Positions 1 to 10,905 of a stretch of 64,000 nucleotides of DNA are shown in pieces. The position numbers and the translations under genes are program-made. Under the pieces are notes generated by a model that had not been told where the DNA came from, ran no database searches, and saw nothing but the letters and a program-made list of their open reading frames with translations. Every line of letters begins with the position of its first letter. Position 1 is the first letter of the stretch. The stretch comes from Nemertoderma westbladi (taxonomy: Eukaryota > Animalia > Xenacoelomorpha): the NCBI GenBank assembly GCA_032718475.1, contig JAUCBJ010004614.1, positions 1 to 64,000 of the forward strand, written 5' to 3'.

Positions 1-1895
1 TCCTAGCCCAAGTCTGCCACATATACTGTACAGTATGAAGGAATTAAGAGGTATTTTTGATATACGTAGGATAACAGATCAGTGTTTAACCGCAGATGTT
101 GGTATAGGCTGGTAAAACATTTCCCACCCCCGTTCATAATAATATTCTGAAATAACTTATCCACACCCCCGGACAAATCAGTTGACAGTTATTCAATGTG
201 TTGGAGTTATTCACCTGCCGGTACTGTATAATTTTAAATTTATTAGAAACCTTGTTATTTTGTGGGGCGAGCCCATATTTTTGAAAAATAGTTCATATGC
301 ATGGCATGATCAGACTTACTTAAATAAATAAATAGAAGACCCTGCAATTAATAAATTGCATTAAAGATAAACGGTTTCAAAATAAATCTGATTGATTTAC
401 AGTAGGCCTATAACATTCATATAAATGTACTAGTGTGGTGCCTAGCTGTGACAACAGCTGCAATAATTTATTAGTATTTAATTAAAAAACTTATTAGAAA
501 AATTAAACTCAATAGCAATCAACGAGTTAAGTAACAGCGAACCTGCTTGAAATCTGGTACCATGTGCCATGCACATGCATGCACCACATGCATTTATTAA
601 AAACATTTATTCAGTAGACTGGGAAGAAGTTTACAGTACAGGGTGGGGGGGGGGGGGGGGGGCATTGAAGAAGAACAAATTAAATCACATCAATCCAAGA
701 TAATACCATAATACAAGTAAAAATATTTATTGTTTGTGTGGCTATAGTTTATTACTTTAGATAGAATAGCCTACCACTGTTCCTTCCTGATCGATCCTAT
801 TGATATTTTTCATAACGTTGATTCGACCAATAAGGCCTAACCAGTTACATTTTGCCCATTATAGTTAGGTAAGTTACATTATTTAAGGCCTGTATATATT
901 TTATCTAATTTTGCCCGCGGCGGGTTGGTTAAGACTAAACATCGTATATTAAAAGCAGCTAACTCCGGTTTTTAAACTTCTTACTTCAGCCAAATGCCAT
1001 CACACAAAAATAGCCACATTAATCTGTACAGATCAAACGAAGCTAACTTAAGTTTTATTTTTTAACTAATTTAGTTACACTGTAGCCCTCTCTGTCACAA
1101 TCTATCATGGATATTGTAACCCCCCCCCCCCCCCCCCCCCTCCCCCTCGAACGTCACGTCACAAAAAATAAGCAGTATAGTTAATAAAAAATGTTAAAAG
1201 TGCTAGTATGTCGTCACAAGTATAGAGCTACTCCAGTTGACTAGATGAAGAATCTGTTATAATGCCTCTCGTTGATTGTTTTGGTGAGAAAAACTTGCGT
1301 GCCACCCCCCTCCAGCCTCCACCCCTGTCCATGTCTGGAACCACTGAGTAATAAGAACGCCGTGTAACAGCTGCAGTAACACACTGTAACTGTGACTTTA
1401 TAATTTTAACAACAATATAAATAATTATTTAAAGAAAATAAAAATTTGTAAAGAACTCCAACAAATAAAGTAAAATGTTAGAAGAATGTAAGTATATTAT
1501 AAATATGCAATAAATAGGTAAGGTATGTATTGAAAGTCTATTTGCATACTATATTTGGGGGGGGGGGGGGGGGGGGCTGAGATTGGTACACATCAGAGTC
1601 TATAATTAGGTCTTCCTTTTTACCAACTGTCATTTTAGATCGATTATTTTAGAGTTACATTTAACGGTTTTAAGTGTGGTCGCGTCGATGTCTGGCAAAC
1701 TAGCCATAACCAAAATAATAAACCAAGTTTCATAGAAAACAAAAATAGGCTAAGACTCTATTATAATGTCGTAATTAATGTTACTGATGTGTACCAAACA
1801 ACAGCATCATGGTGTACCAAATACCACACGAAAACAAACCAGAGTGAGTTTAAGCTGAAACATACCGGACCGGTATTTATAAAGAAAAGGAGCAC

Positions 1896-2490
1896 ATCGA
1901 TGGCGTATTTTTAAAATGTTCCAAATGCCAAATTGTTTATTCCCGGGAATTAACTTTTTAATATTTTAATTCTGTATTTAATTATTGACATATGGGTTAA
2001 GTTTTGGAAAAAAATCCTTTCAAAAGCAGTGCGCTTCAGGTCTATAACACGGTCGTGTTTGTTAATGAATTTACCTAAATCATCACGGGGAATTGGAAGC
2101 ATTTTACATTTTCTTTTCCACGTCTTTTACGAAATGAATAGCAATTTAACGACATCCTATAAGCTACAGTAAATTATTAACCAAGGCATTTACCATCGTG
2201 ATTGTTTATGAATTCTAAAATATTTGATAAACCTTAAATTTAGCAATAAAAACAAAAGAGCTTTGTTGCGATTTTAAATGAAAAAAAATAATATTTTTTG
2301 GAAGATTTTGTGGAATTTGAATTATTTCCGAAACGTCTTCTTGGCGTTTGGGACATCTTTATTTTGCTTATAACTTTAAAACAAATGAAGGAAGATATGA
2401 TACAACCACGGCGTATAGACGGCTATAGACTTTAAATTAGCTCATAAAACGGATTTGGTGTTTGGGACATTTTGAAAATTCGACGATATA
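1896..2490. mobile_element. Degenerate non-autonomous TIR element (MITE-like) abutting the GMPPB stop codon
   Basis: Imperfect inverted repeats: TTTTTAAAATGTTCCAAATGCCAAATTGTTT (~1908-1938) vs AAACGGATTTGGTGTTTGGGACATTTTGAAAA (~2447-2478). No ORF; exact ends and TSD not resolved. Confidence 0.45.
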
Positions 2491-2493
2491 TGG

Positions 2494-3591
2494 TTACATA
2501 ATAATCTGAGGTTTGGGTACAGACGATGAAATAGCTTTATGAGGAAGAACCCTACAACCGTTAAGATAAAGTTCATCATTAACAATAACATCTTCTCCCA
2601 GGACTGTTACATTCTCCATCCTGACCCACTGACCAATGGAACACCGCCAACCGACGATGCAGCTGTTAAGCCATGCGTGGCTACGGATACGACTGCCCGA
2701 GAGGACCACGCTGTTCTTTACGCACACACCATCTTCTATAACAACATCAGCTGAGAGCGAAACATTGGGCCCGATTCTACAGTTCTTACCAATAACAACA
2801 GAGGAGTCTATCATCACGTTGCCAATAACTGACATATCCGCGTTAGGGGCTAGCAATGCGTGCGGTTGTTTAAGACGTAGGTTGCCGAGGTACAAACCCA
2901 CACCGGTAAGAAAATCCTTGGGCTGACCGACATCCATCCAGAACCCAGACATTTCGAATGAATACAATTGCGATTCAGAAGCCATAAAAGGAAACACCTC
3001 CTTCTCGATGGAAGTTGGAACGGGTTTAATTCTATCGAGAATGGCGCTGTTAAACAGGTAGAGACCGGCGTTTATTTTATTGCTAACGTACTCTTTGGGT
3101 TTCTCCACGAAGCGATTTATCTGTCCGGAATGTTTATCGAATACGACGACACCGTATTTCGAAGGTTCATCGACTTTAGTGACGGCGACTGTTCCCTCCC
3201 GGCCGTGATTCTTATGAAACCTTAGCATTTCGTCGAAAGGAAATTCGCATATGACGTCACTATTTAGCACGAAGAAAGGTTGTGATTGGCTCCCGCTAAT
3301 TAGTAACTCGCGCGCCAGGGCTAAAGGTCCCGCGGTGCCAAGCGGCTCAAGTTCGTGCGACAGAATAATCTCGATTCCGTAGGTTTTCGCCCACGAGGAG
3401 GTTTCCTTTTCAAGGATTTGGGCTCTGTAACTCACGGCTAAGATGATTTGAGTGACGCCCACCTTGACTAATGCTTCTATCTGATGAAGCATCATCGGTT
3501 TATTACAGAATTCCACCAACGGTTTAGGAACACTTAGAGTAAGTGGACGCAACCGCGTTCCATAACCACCGACTAGGATTAACGCCTTCAT
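2494..3591 (-). CDS. GMPPB: Mannose-1-phosphate guanylyltransferase beta (GDP-mannose pyrophosphorylase B), intronless, 365 aa
   Basis: Full-length ORF with [28 protein letters not shown] nucleotidyltransferase signature, [25 protein letters not shown], a C-terminal hexapeptide beta-helix and the typical ...VLPHK...PQIIM end. Confidence 0.97.
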   Translation of the reverse strand: MKALILVGGYGTRLRPLTLSVPKPLVEFCNKPMMLHQIEALVKVGVTQIILAVSYRAQILEKETSSWAKTYGIEIILSHELEPLGTAGPLALARELLISGSQSQPFFVLNSDVICEFPFDEMLRFHKNHGREGTVAVTKVDEPSKYGVVVFDKHSGQINRFVEKPKEYVSNKINAGLYLFNSAILDRIKPVPTSIEKEVFPFMASESQLYSFEMSGFWMDVGQPKDFLTGVGLYLGNLRLKQPHALLAPNADMSVIGNVMIDSSVVIGKNCRIGPNVSLSADVVIEDGVCVKNSVVLSGSRIRSHAWLNSCIVGWRCSIGQWVRMENVTVLGEDVIVNDELYLNGCRVLPHKAISSSVPKPQIIM

Positions 3592-3661
3592 TGTTTAGAT
3601 TGGCTGATTGTCACACTTCAGCACTTAGTACATTTAGTAGGCTATACTGCTAATGTATGTA

Positions 3662-4593
3662 CCGGTGTAACAGGAAAATATGCCCCCCCGGGAAATGTGC
3701 CCGGGGGGGCATATTTTCCTAGGAAAAAATGCCCCCCCGGGCAAATTTCCCTAGGAAAAAATGCCCCCCCTTAGGAAATTATGCCCCCCCTGAATTATAC
3801 AATAAACAAAACTTATTACTACTAAAACTTACAAAAATTATACAAAACAATAAACAGTCATTTTACCAAATGAAGGAAAGGAACAGGTTACAGAGGCAGG
3901 CCTTTCTAACCAAAACAATAAACGATCATTTAACTAATTGAGGGAAAGGAGCAGGTTACAGAGGCGGGATTTTCTAACCAAAACAAAAAACAGTCACTTT
4001 AGCAAATCAGGGAAAGGAGCAGGTTACAGAGACGGGATTTTCTAACCAAAACAATAAACGATAACATTACCAATTGAGAGAAAGAAGCAGGATACAGAGG
4101 CGGGATTTTCTAACCAAAACAATAAACAATCACTTTACCAAATCAGGGAAAGGAGCAGGTTACAGACTTAAAAAAGCTTGGCTGCTTGGAGCTGCTCGGC
4201 GCCCACACAACACCACACACTGCACACTCGCACTGCTGTTATACCAGTACTTACTACAGTAGCCTACTGACTTAGATACTTCAGTATGCTGTTCTACATC
4301 CCTTACTGCCTTACCTGCTTACCTACCAGCAGACCGGTACCGTATTATTCTTCCAACTATTACGAGTTCTGCAGTTGGTAGATTAAAAGTGGCTACCAGC
4401 AGACCGGTATCGTACCAGTTTTCAGACTTTTGAGGGGGGCTAATTTTCCTGAGGGGAGGCATTATTTCCTAAGGAGAAAATGCCCCCCCGGGCTAAATTT
4501 CCTAGGAAAAATTGCCCGGGGGGACATAATATCCTAGGAAATAATGCCCCGGGGGGCATATTATAGGGGGGGCTGATTTCCTTGTGACACCGG
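3662..4593. mobile_element. Non-autonomous DNA transposon/MITE with TA target duplication (Tc1/mariner-like TSD)
   Basis: TA|CCGGTGTAACAGGAAA ... TTTCCTTGTGACACCGG|TA termini; subterminal AAAATGCCCCCCCGGG repeats at both ends; ~62-bp internal tandem repeat at ~3850-4165. Confidence 0.8.
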
Positions 4594-4696
4594 TAGTACA
4601 GTAGTAACTGTGAACTGCGAGTGATGAATTGGTTGGCAGGCTGGAAAGAGTCAGTAGGCCTACTCTGCGGGTTTGACTTTTCCTGAGATATGCTGA

Positions 4697-5339
4697 CATG
4701 TTAGGATTCCAAATATTTAACATAATCTGAATTTGGTTGGGAATTAGCTGAGATATGATCGTTCAAAAGTTGCATGGTTTTGCATCTGCATGAGGCTATT
4801 TTGTTATATTGAATAAAAATACCATATTCTAGAACATTTTGTTTATTTATGAATAGCTACGTAATAGTGTAATTAAAGAGGTATTGCATTGTTGCCCAGC
4901 TACATATGGAATAAACAAAATGTTCTAGAATATGGTTCATTAATTAAATATAATAAATGGCCTGCAGGGGAAGCAAAATACATGCAACATTCGAATGCCC
5001 ATATCTCAGGGATTTCCCAACCAAATTCAAATATTTATACATATTGAATGGGAGAATCTTTTAGGCTCGTTAAGCCAAGGAATGCCTGTTCACCACAATG
5101 GGTGATCTTCCACAGTTGAGTAAACCCATTCCACTCTGTTTCCCAAGTTGCCTTGGTTCCCATTTATCGACCACTGAAGGATGAAAGCCGGGGTTGGGCT
5201 AAGGCTACAGCATTTAAAGCACTGTGCCCAACAGAGTGCTGTCCCATCTAGGGATCGAACCCTGGCTCCCTAATCGGAAGCACAGTAATGTCACCACTAG
5301 ACCAAGCTGCTGCTTTTACATATTTGGAATCCTTGCATG
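4697..5339. mobile_element. Palindromic (foldback) MITE interrupted by a SINE
   Basis: Arms pair around ~4875: ACCATATTCTAGAACATTTTGTTTATT / AATAAACAAAATGTTCTAGAATATGGT; AATTTGGTTGGGAA / TTCCCAACCAAATT; GGATTCCAAATAT / ATATTTGGAATCC. True ends uncertain. Confidence 0.55.
5049..5313 (-). mobile_element. tRNA-derived SINE
   Basis: Minus strand has Pol III box A (TGGTCTAGTGG) and box B (GGTTCGATCCC), then GCTTTCATCCTTCAGTGGTCGATAAATG resembling a conserved SINE central domain. It interrupts the right arm of the foldback element, with an approximate TACATATT duplication. Confidence 0.7.
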
Positions 5340-5518
5340 GGCATAGCTTTCTATTGCTACCATCAAATCACTATAAGGTTGAAGAATGATTGCATTGTGA
5401 CCTGTGAAATACTGAAATATCGCCGGAGACACCTTTATCAAACGCTTGTAGCTAAAGAATGAAAGGGAAAATAAAAATTCTGGCTCACGACACTATATTC
5501 CAGGACATGGTGTAATAT

Positions 5519-6723
5519 TTGGGTAGAAATTTCGCCGTATCCGTATGCACATACGCGTCGTATGTGCGTATGTAATGGATTCCTATGGAGAATATAATCC
5601 GTACGTGATTTTAAAGATTAGGCATTGCGGACCAGTAAGAAGTGCACAACACACATGCAGACTGAAGACAGGTACATGTAGGCCTACTTAAAAGCGATAT
5701 GATTTAAAGAGTGCGCCTGCCGCTACCTAATGGCAAATAAACATTGTAGGTCCAGGATGAGTGACAAATGATGTCCTTCAGCCCCAGGATGCGCCACAGC
5801 ACTTCTTTTATTGTACTAACCTGCTAACTGACACCTGGACGGGACGCCCGGTTGGACTTAGATTAATTACTGGCACCCGGTTGCAATCGCTGACACGTGG
5901 TTTGACTAACTGGCACTAGGTTGGTCTTGTTGGCACTTGGCTGCATAGGGCCTGCTATGGTTAACTAAATACTGGCCCCGAAACAGCAAAAGTAAAGGTA
6001 TATTATATGTTAATAAGAAGAATACCAGTCAGCCAGTAGGTTTTCACCAAAACCAGAGGTTACAGAAGGGCTGAATCTAACCAAAACAATAAACGAATTA
6101 GTATATGTACAGGTTATAAGACAGAAATAAAGCGCTATAAACCCCTTAATAAAGATAAATTTAAAAAAATAAAAAATCTTCATATAAAATTCCAATAAAA
6201 AGGCTACCGAAAAGTGAAATCCTGGTATTCTTCACATGGGCGTGTTTATTCCCTTAGCATTCTCATTGCTGCTTCTCTATCAGTCTTATACTATGTTAGT
6301 GCCACATACTGTAGCAACCAACAACATTCTATAGCCCGGTTGGTGGAAAAACAGTTCAAAAATATATCACGGCTGGTTAGTTTTCCAAGCGGCGTCAAGA
6401 AGAGTTAACTGGTTAATAGGTACTGCACTGCTGGCGCATCCCGGGGCTGGCGGACACCGGCTGTCACTCATCCTGGACCTGTCCTGCATTGTTTATTTGA
6501 CATAAGGTAGCGGCAGCCACACTCTTTAAATCACTTAGCTTTAAAGTAGGCCTACCTGTCTTCAGTCTGCATGTGTGCTGTGCACTTCTTACTGGTCCGC
6601 AATGCCTAATCTCTAAAATCACATACGGATTATTCTCCATAGGAATCCATTACATACGCACATACACGTATGTACATACGGATACGGATACTGACAACGG
6701 ATACGGCGAAATGTTATACCCTA
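5519..6723. mobile_element. Non-autonomous DNA transposon with ~280-bp terminal inverted repeats
   Basis: 5519-~5796 is the reverse complement of ~6432-6723 (e.g. GATTAGGCATTGCGGACCAGTAAGAAGTGCACA / TGTGCACTTCTTACTGGTCCGCAATGCCTAATC). GGG...CCC-type ends in AATATT context; no transposase. Confidence 0.8.
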
Positions 6724-7275
6724 ATATTTTAAATATTTTATCAGTTTCATGATTTTACTAAACGTTTGCTACACGTATACTGTGCATACATACATCAGTA
6801 CATACCGGTAATACATATTATTTACTTTCAGTTTGACCTTTCCAGTAGTGGTTTTTCCATCGATTTGTACGGGTAGCATACAACCATAAGCATTTAGCTT
6901 TCTTTACCCTCAACTATTAAACTTATTAAAACATTAAACATACCAGCATACCGGTAACTACAGACAGGCATACTGACAGACTGACAGAACTATACTGCTA
7001 TAGCAGTATAGCCAGATCTGCAGATAGCTGTATACCGTACTGGTTCTGGTATACCTGTATACACCAGACAGCCAGACAGCCAGACAGCACAGGTTCAGAC
7101 AGTCAGAGGTTTACTGAGTACCGGTACTGGAGTATAGGCCTATCTGCCTAAGCTGTACAGCTGTATACCTACCTAGTCCACTCTGATAGACAGATAGACT
7201 ACAGGACTACGTCCAGACATCAGGAGTCCAGTAGTCAGTACGTCCAAGGTCAGAAGCTTTTATCTGAATATCACA

Positions 7276-8217
7276 ATGACACCGACACCTGTTGTCGTAT
7301 CTGAGGAGAAAAAATCTGAAAACAATGAACCTTCGCAATCCGGAAAACCGCTAATTGGTATAATTTATCCGCCGCCGGAGGTGAGAAACATCGTCGACAA
7401 AACAGCGAGTTTTGTAGCACGAAACGGACCTGAATTTGAAACGCGAATCAGTAAAAACGAACAAAGCAACCCGAAGTTTAACTTCCTGAACCCAAACGAT
7501 CCTTACCACGCTTACTATCGACACAAAGTAAAAGAATACAGCGAGGGGCGGGGCGTCGATGCGGGCGCTGCGAAACCCGATGACAAACAGACCGCGTCGC
7601 AGACACTACAACGGGACCAGACACCCGTAGCCATCCCTGTAGAACCCACGGTTCCTAAAGAACCACCCCCGGACTACGAGTTCATCGTGGAACCTCCCAG
7701 CATCGCCGGCTACGATATCGACGTTGTTAAACTAACGGCTCAATTTGTCGCGCGAAACGGCCGCAGTTTCCTAACGCAATTGATGCAACGCGAGCAACGA
7801 AACTTCCTGTTCGATTTCCTTCGACCGCAACACTCGTTGTTCAACTACTTTACCCGACTAGTCGAGCAGTACACGAAGGTGCTGATCCCGCCTAAAGATT
7901 TAGTTAGAAACCTGATTGAAGATTCCAAGGATTATAAGCGCGTTATGGTTGCCGTTAAAGAGCGAGTTGATTGGAAGACTGCGCAAGAGCGTAAACGCGC
8001 GGAGGAACAGCGTCGCTTGGAGAAGGAGCGTGTCTCGTACGCGCAGATTGATTGGCACGATTTCGTTGTCGTGGAGACAGTGGACTTTCATCCCAGCGAG
8101 TACGCTAATCTGCTCCCGCCCACGACGCCGGATAAAGTCGGTACGAGGAGTTTGTACCACGAGCGGAAGCAGAACAATCAGATAGAAAGCGACGAAGAAG
8201 AGACACTGGGGAAACAG
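7276..8217 (+). CDS. SF3A1: Splicing factor 3A subunit 1, coding exon 1 (two SURP/SWAP domains, start of PRP21-like domain)
   Basis: GIIYPPPEVRNIVDKTASFVARNGPEFE, VVKLTAQFVARNGRSFL and YAQIDWHDFVVVETVDF motifs; donor CAG|GTCGGT after 8217 (phase 0). Confidence 0.95.
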
Positions 8218-9307
8218 GTCGGTGGATTAATATTCTATTTATCTTGCGTATTGCAGTATTGGATTATAATAGGTTTTTTATTTCATTTTCCGCTTAACAC
8301 CGGCTTAAATATAGCTGTTGTGCTTATATTTTGTATAAGGAGCTAGTACATATCTGACCAGTTTCAGCTTTAACGGATTAAATCAAAGAAATGGGAGGAC
8401 ATTTAATGTGTAGACAAGACATATGTAGCCCTCTAGTGGGAGTATTTTATGTTACTGATGATGTCTGTACTTATCTTTTTATATTTCACTTGGCCTTAAC
8501 CATTAACATACAGGTACCACTAACTCAATCGGTGTGTCTGTTGTTCTGTCGATCTGCCGTTCTGTTGTGTCCAATTTTAAACGTTAATAACTCAGCCAAA
8601 TGTTAATGAAATTTAACCAAACTTAGTACACATGTAGTCTGGCCAAAGTTTAGAAATTTTCCAAGTTGAATTTCCGTGTGGCCTTCGAGAAGCTAAGATA
8701 ATAGCAGTTAATTAGGCCTAGTTAATTAAGTTGATTAGGGTAAAATCAGCAATTTCAACCTGCCTCTTAAAGGATATTAATTATTTTCTAGTATAAGATT
8801 TAAATAATTATACTTCAAAATTATATAACTGTATTCCCCATACATACAACATTCCATTATAGTTTTTAATTAGTTCAAGATATTTGCTTTAAGAAATGTG
8901 TTTTTAATTGATCTAAACGTAATTAAGTTATCAAAATGCCACCGTATCTCTACACGTCCAGCTCCCTCATTCATTGGCATGCTTGATATTGCCTAGCCTA
9001 TCTGCTGGCCAGGGATCGTACGGTAGTAAATTTTTGCGGTAGCGGTAACGGTATGGCTTTGCGGTAGCGGTATTTACCGCGGTAGCGGTAGTTCGGTAGC
9101 AAAAAATTTAGCTGGATTAATGAAGTTACAGTAGAATAACCATTAATAAGGAGAATTGAAAAATACAAATTCTTCGAATTTCAATGAAATATCGACCGAA
9201 ACGTTGAAACCTGCTATTCTTCACGTCATGGGCGCCACTCGCACGAAACGCTAGTTAATAATAATTCAATTATTTATTTATCGGTTTCAATTACTTTTCT
9301 GTTTCAG
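8218..9307 (+). other. SF3A1: SF3A1 intron (1090 bp, GT-AG)
   Basis: GT at 8218 and TTACTTTTCTGTTTCAG acceptor ending 9307; splicing joins both exons in frame. Contains a CAGGG.../GCGGTA-repeat MITE-like fragment at ~9010-9100. Confidence 0.88.
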
Positions 9308-10843
9308 GAGGAAATTGAAGACGAATCTAGTGAAGAGGAAGAAACCAGTGAAAGTGATAGCGAAGAAGATAAAGCCGAGGAGGAAGGTAAAGTCGTTGAA
9401 AAGAACGCGGAGAAACCCACAGAGTCGGCGGCTGCGGATGTACACGGTAAACCGATAGCGCCTCCAGCGGTTAACGACGATATGGACCTGAGTAGCGACG
9501 AGGAGGAGGCGGTTAGCAGCGAGCGAGGCAAGGTCTCGGTTGCCACGGCACCGGAGCGGGTCAAGGTGACCCAACCGGTTGCCACGGCGCCGTTGGTGGT
9601 CCGCGACTACGACCCCCACCAGAGCAGACAGCTGACCGCGGACCAGTACACGATATCGCCGCTAACCGGGGAGCGGGTCCCCGTGGATCAGTTCAAGGAG
9701 CACATGCGGGTCGGGTTGCTGGATCCCAAGTGGCTGGAGCAGCGGGACAAATCGATGCGGGACCGGCACGCCAAGGAGGAGGTGTACGCGGCGGGTTCCT
9801 CGATCGGGGCCACGCTCAAACAGTTCGCGGAGCGGCGGACGGATATCTTCGGGATCGGAGACGAGGAGACCATAATCGGGAGGAAGATCGGCGAGGAGGA
9901 GTTGCCGAGAGCCGCGGATAAGGTCGTCTGGGACGGCCACTCCGCCAGCATGGAGTCGGTGACGCGGAAAGCGCAAGCGAATATAAGTCTCGATGAACAG
10001 ATAAAGGCGATACATCGGTCGAAAGGGTTGGTGCCGGATCGCGAGAAGGAGAAGATAGGTCCGTCGGTGCCGGCCCCCCAGGGGGCAGGGAGGGGGCAGC
10101 CGCAGGGGGTCGGGAGGGGGCAGTTCCAACCGCCCCCTCGGGGGGCTCAGCCGTCCCTCCCGCCGGCTCCCTCAGCCGCCACAGAGCCGCCCCGTCCGCC
10201 CCCAATCCATCCTTCTCGACTACAACGCAACGTGGTTCTCCAGCAGTCCTCCGGGCTGCCACCCTCGCTACCCCCATCGCTGCGCCCCTCGCTGCCCCCC
10301 TCGCTACCCCCTCCTTCCGTGGGACCCCCCGCTTTCTCTATCCCCCTCCCGAAGCCCCACCAGCTCGTTATCCCCGCGCCCCCCTCCGTTCTCCTCATCC
10401 AGGAGCCCCTAGCGATCCCCATCCCCCTCGGGATCCCCCGCGCCATCCCGGTGGGACGCCCCCCGGTGCCCCCCATCGAGCCCCCCTCAGAGGAACCCGC
10501 CTCGAAGCGACAACGCACTGAGGACACGCTCCTCCCCGAGAACCAGTTCCTCCAGCTGCACCAATCGGAGCCGGTTACGGTGCGGATCTCGGTACCCACG
10601 GTGAAGGATAAACCGGACTGGAAGATGCACGGCCAGATGGTCACCTTCAGGATGCCGCTAACCGACGCGGTGTCCGTGGTCAAAGCGAAACTAATGGAGG
10701 AACTCAACGTCCCTATTGGGAAACAGAAACTCCAACTGGAGGGAATGTTCCTTAAGGACCAGAACTCCTTAGCTTTTTATAATCTAACGAACGGAAGTTT
10801 GATTTACCTGCAGCTCAAAGAGCGGGGAGGTCGAAAGAAATAA
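9308..10843 (+). CDS. SF3A1: Splicing factor 3A subunit 1, coding exon 2 (acidic linker, PRP21 region, Pro-rich region, ubiquitin-like domain); ~825 aa in total
   Basis: ISPLTGERVP..EHMRVGLLDPKW, AERRTDIFG, WDGHSAS and C-terminal LAFYNL..LQLKERGGRKK; AATAAA at the stop codon and at ~10873. Confidence 0.95.
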   Translation, partial: EEIEDESSEEEETSESDSEEDKAEEEGKVVEKNAEKPTESAAADVHGKPIAPPAVNDDMDLSSDEEEAVSSERGKVSVATAPERVKVTQPVATAPLVVRDYDPHQSRQLTADQYTISPLTGERVPVDQFKEHMRVGLLDPKWLEQRDKSMRDRHAKEEVYAAGSSIGATLKQFAERRTDIFGIGDEETIIGRKIGEEELPRAADKVVWDGHSASMESVTRKAQANISLDEQIKAIHRSKGLVPDREKEKIGPSVPAPQGAGRGQPQGVGRGQFQPPPRGAQPSLPPAPSAATEPPRPPPIHPSRLQRNVVLQQSSGLPPSLPPSLRPSLPPSLPPPSVGPPAFSIPLPKPHQLVIPAPPSVLLIQEPLAIPIPLGIPRAIPVGRPPVPPIEPPSEEPASKRQRTEDTLLPENQFLQLHQSEPVTVRISVPTVKDKPDWKMHGQMVTFRMPLTDAVSVVKAKLMEELNVPIGKQKLQLEGMFLKDQNSLAFYNLTNGSLIYLQLKERGGRKK

Positions 10844-10905
10844 ACAAATAGTTCCGTTATATATACCGGTACAATAAACAAACTGATCTAAATATCCATC
10901 AATTA

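Noticed and set aside
643-1575. Long poly-G/poly-C tracts as a specific signal (also 16111, 22686, 47820)
   Set aside because: Scattered homopolymers, mostly inside MITEs or LINE UTRs; lengths are unreliable in assemblies and no shared context was found.
5240-5313. Genuine tRNA gene (also 16583-16660)
   Set aside because: A and B boxes are present, but there is no complete cloverleaf or acceptor stem; the context fits SINE heads.
8218-8346. Hydrophobic C-terminal tail of ORF 7276-8346 (possible membrane anchor)
   Set aside because: Read-through into the AT-rich intron after the donor at 8217.
9287-10707. Antisense and alternative-frame ORFs over SF3A1 exon 2
   Set aside because: By-products of GC-rich coding sequence; no motifs.
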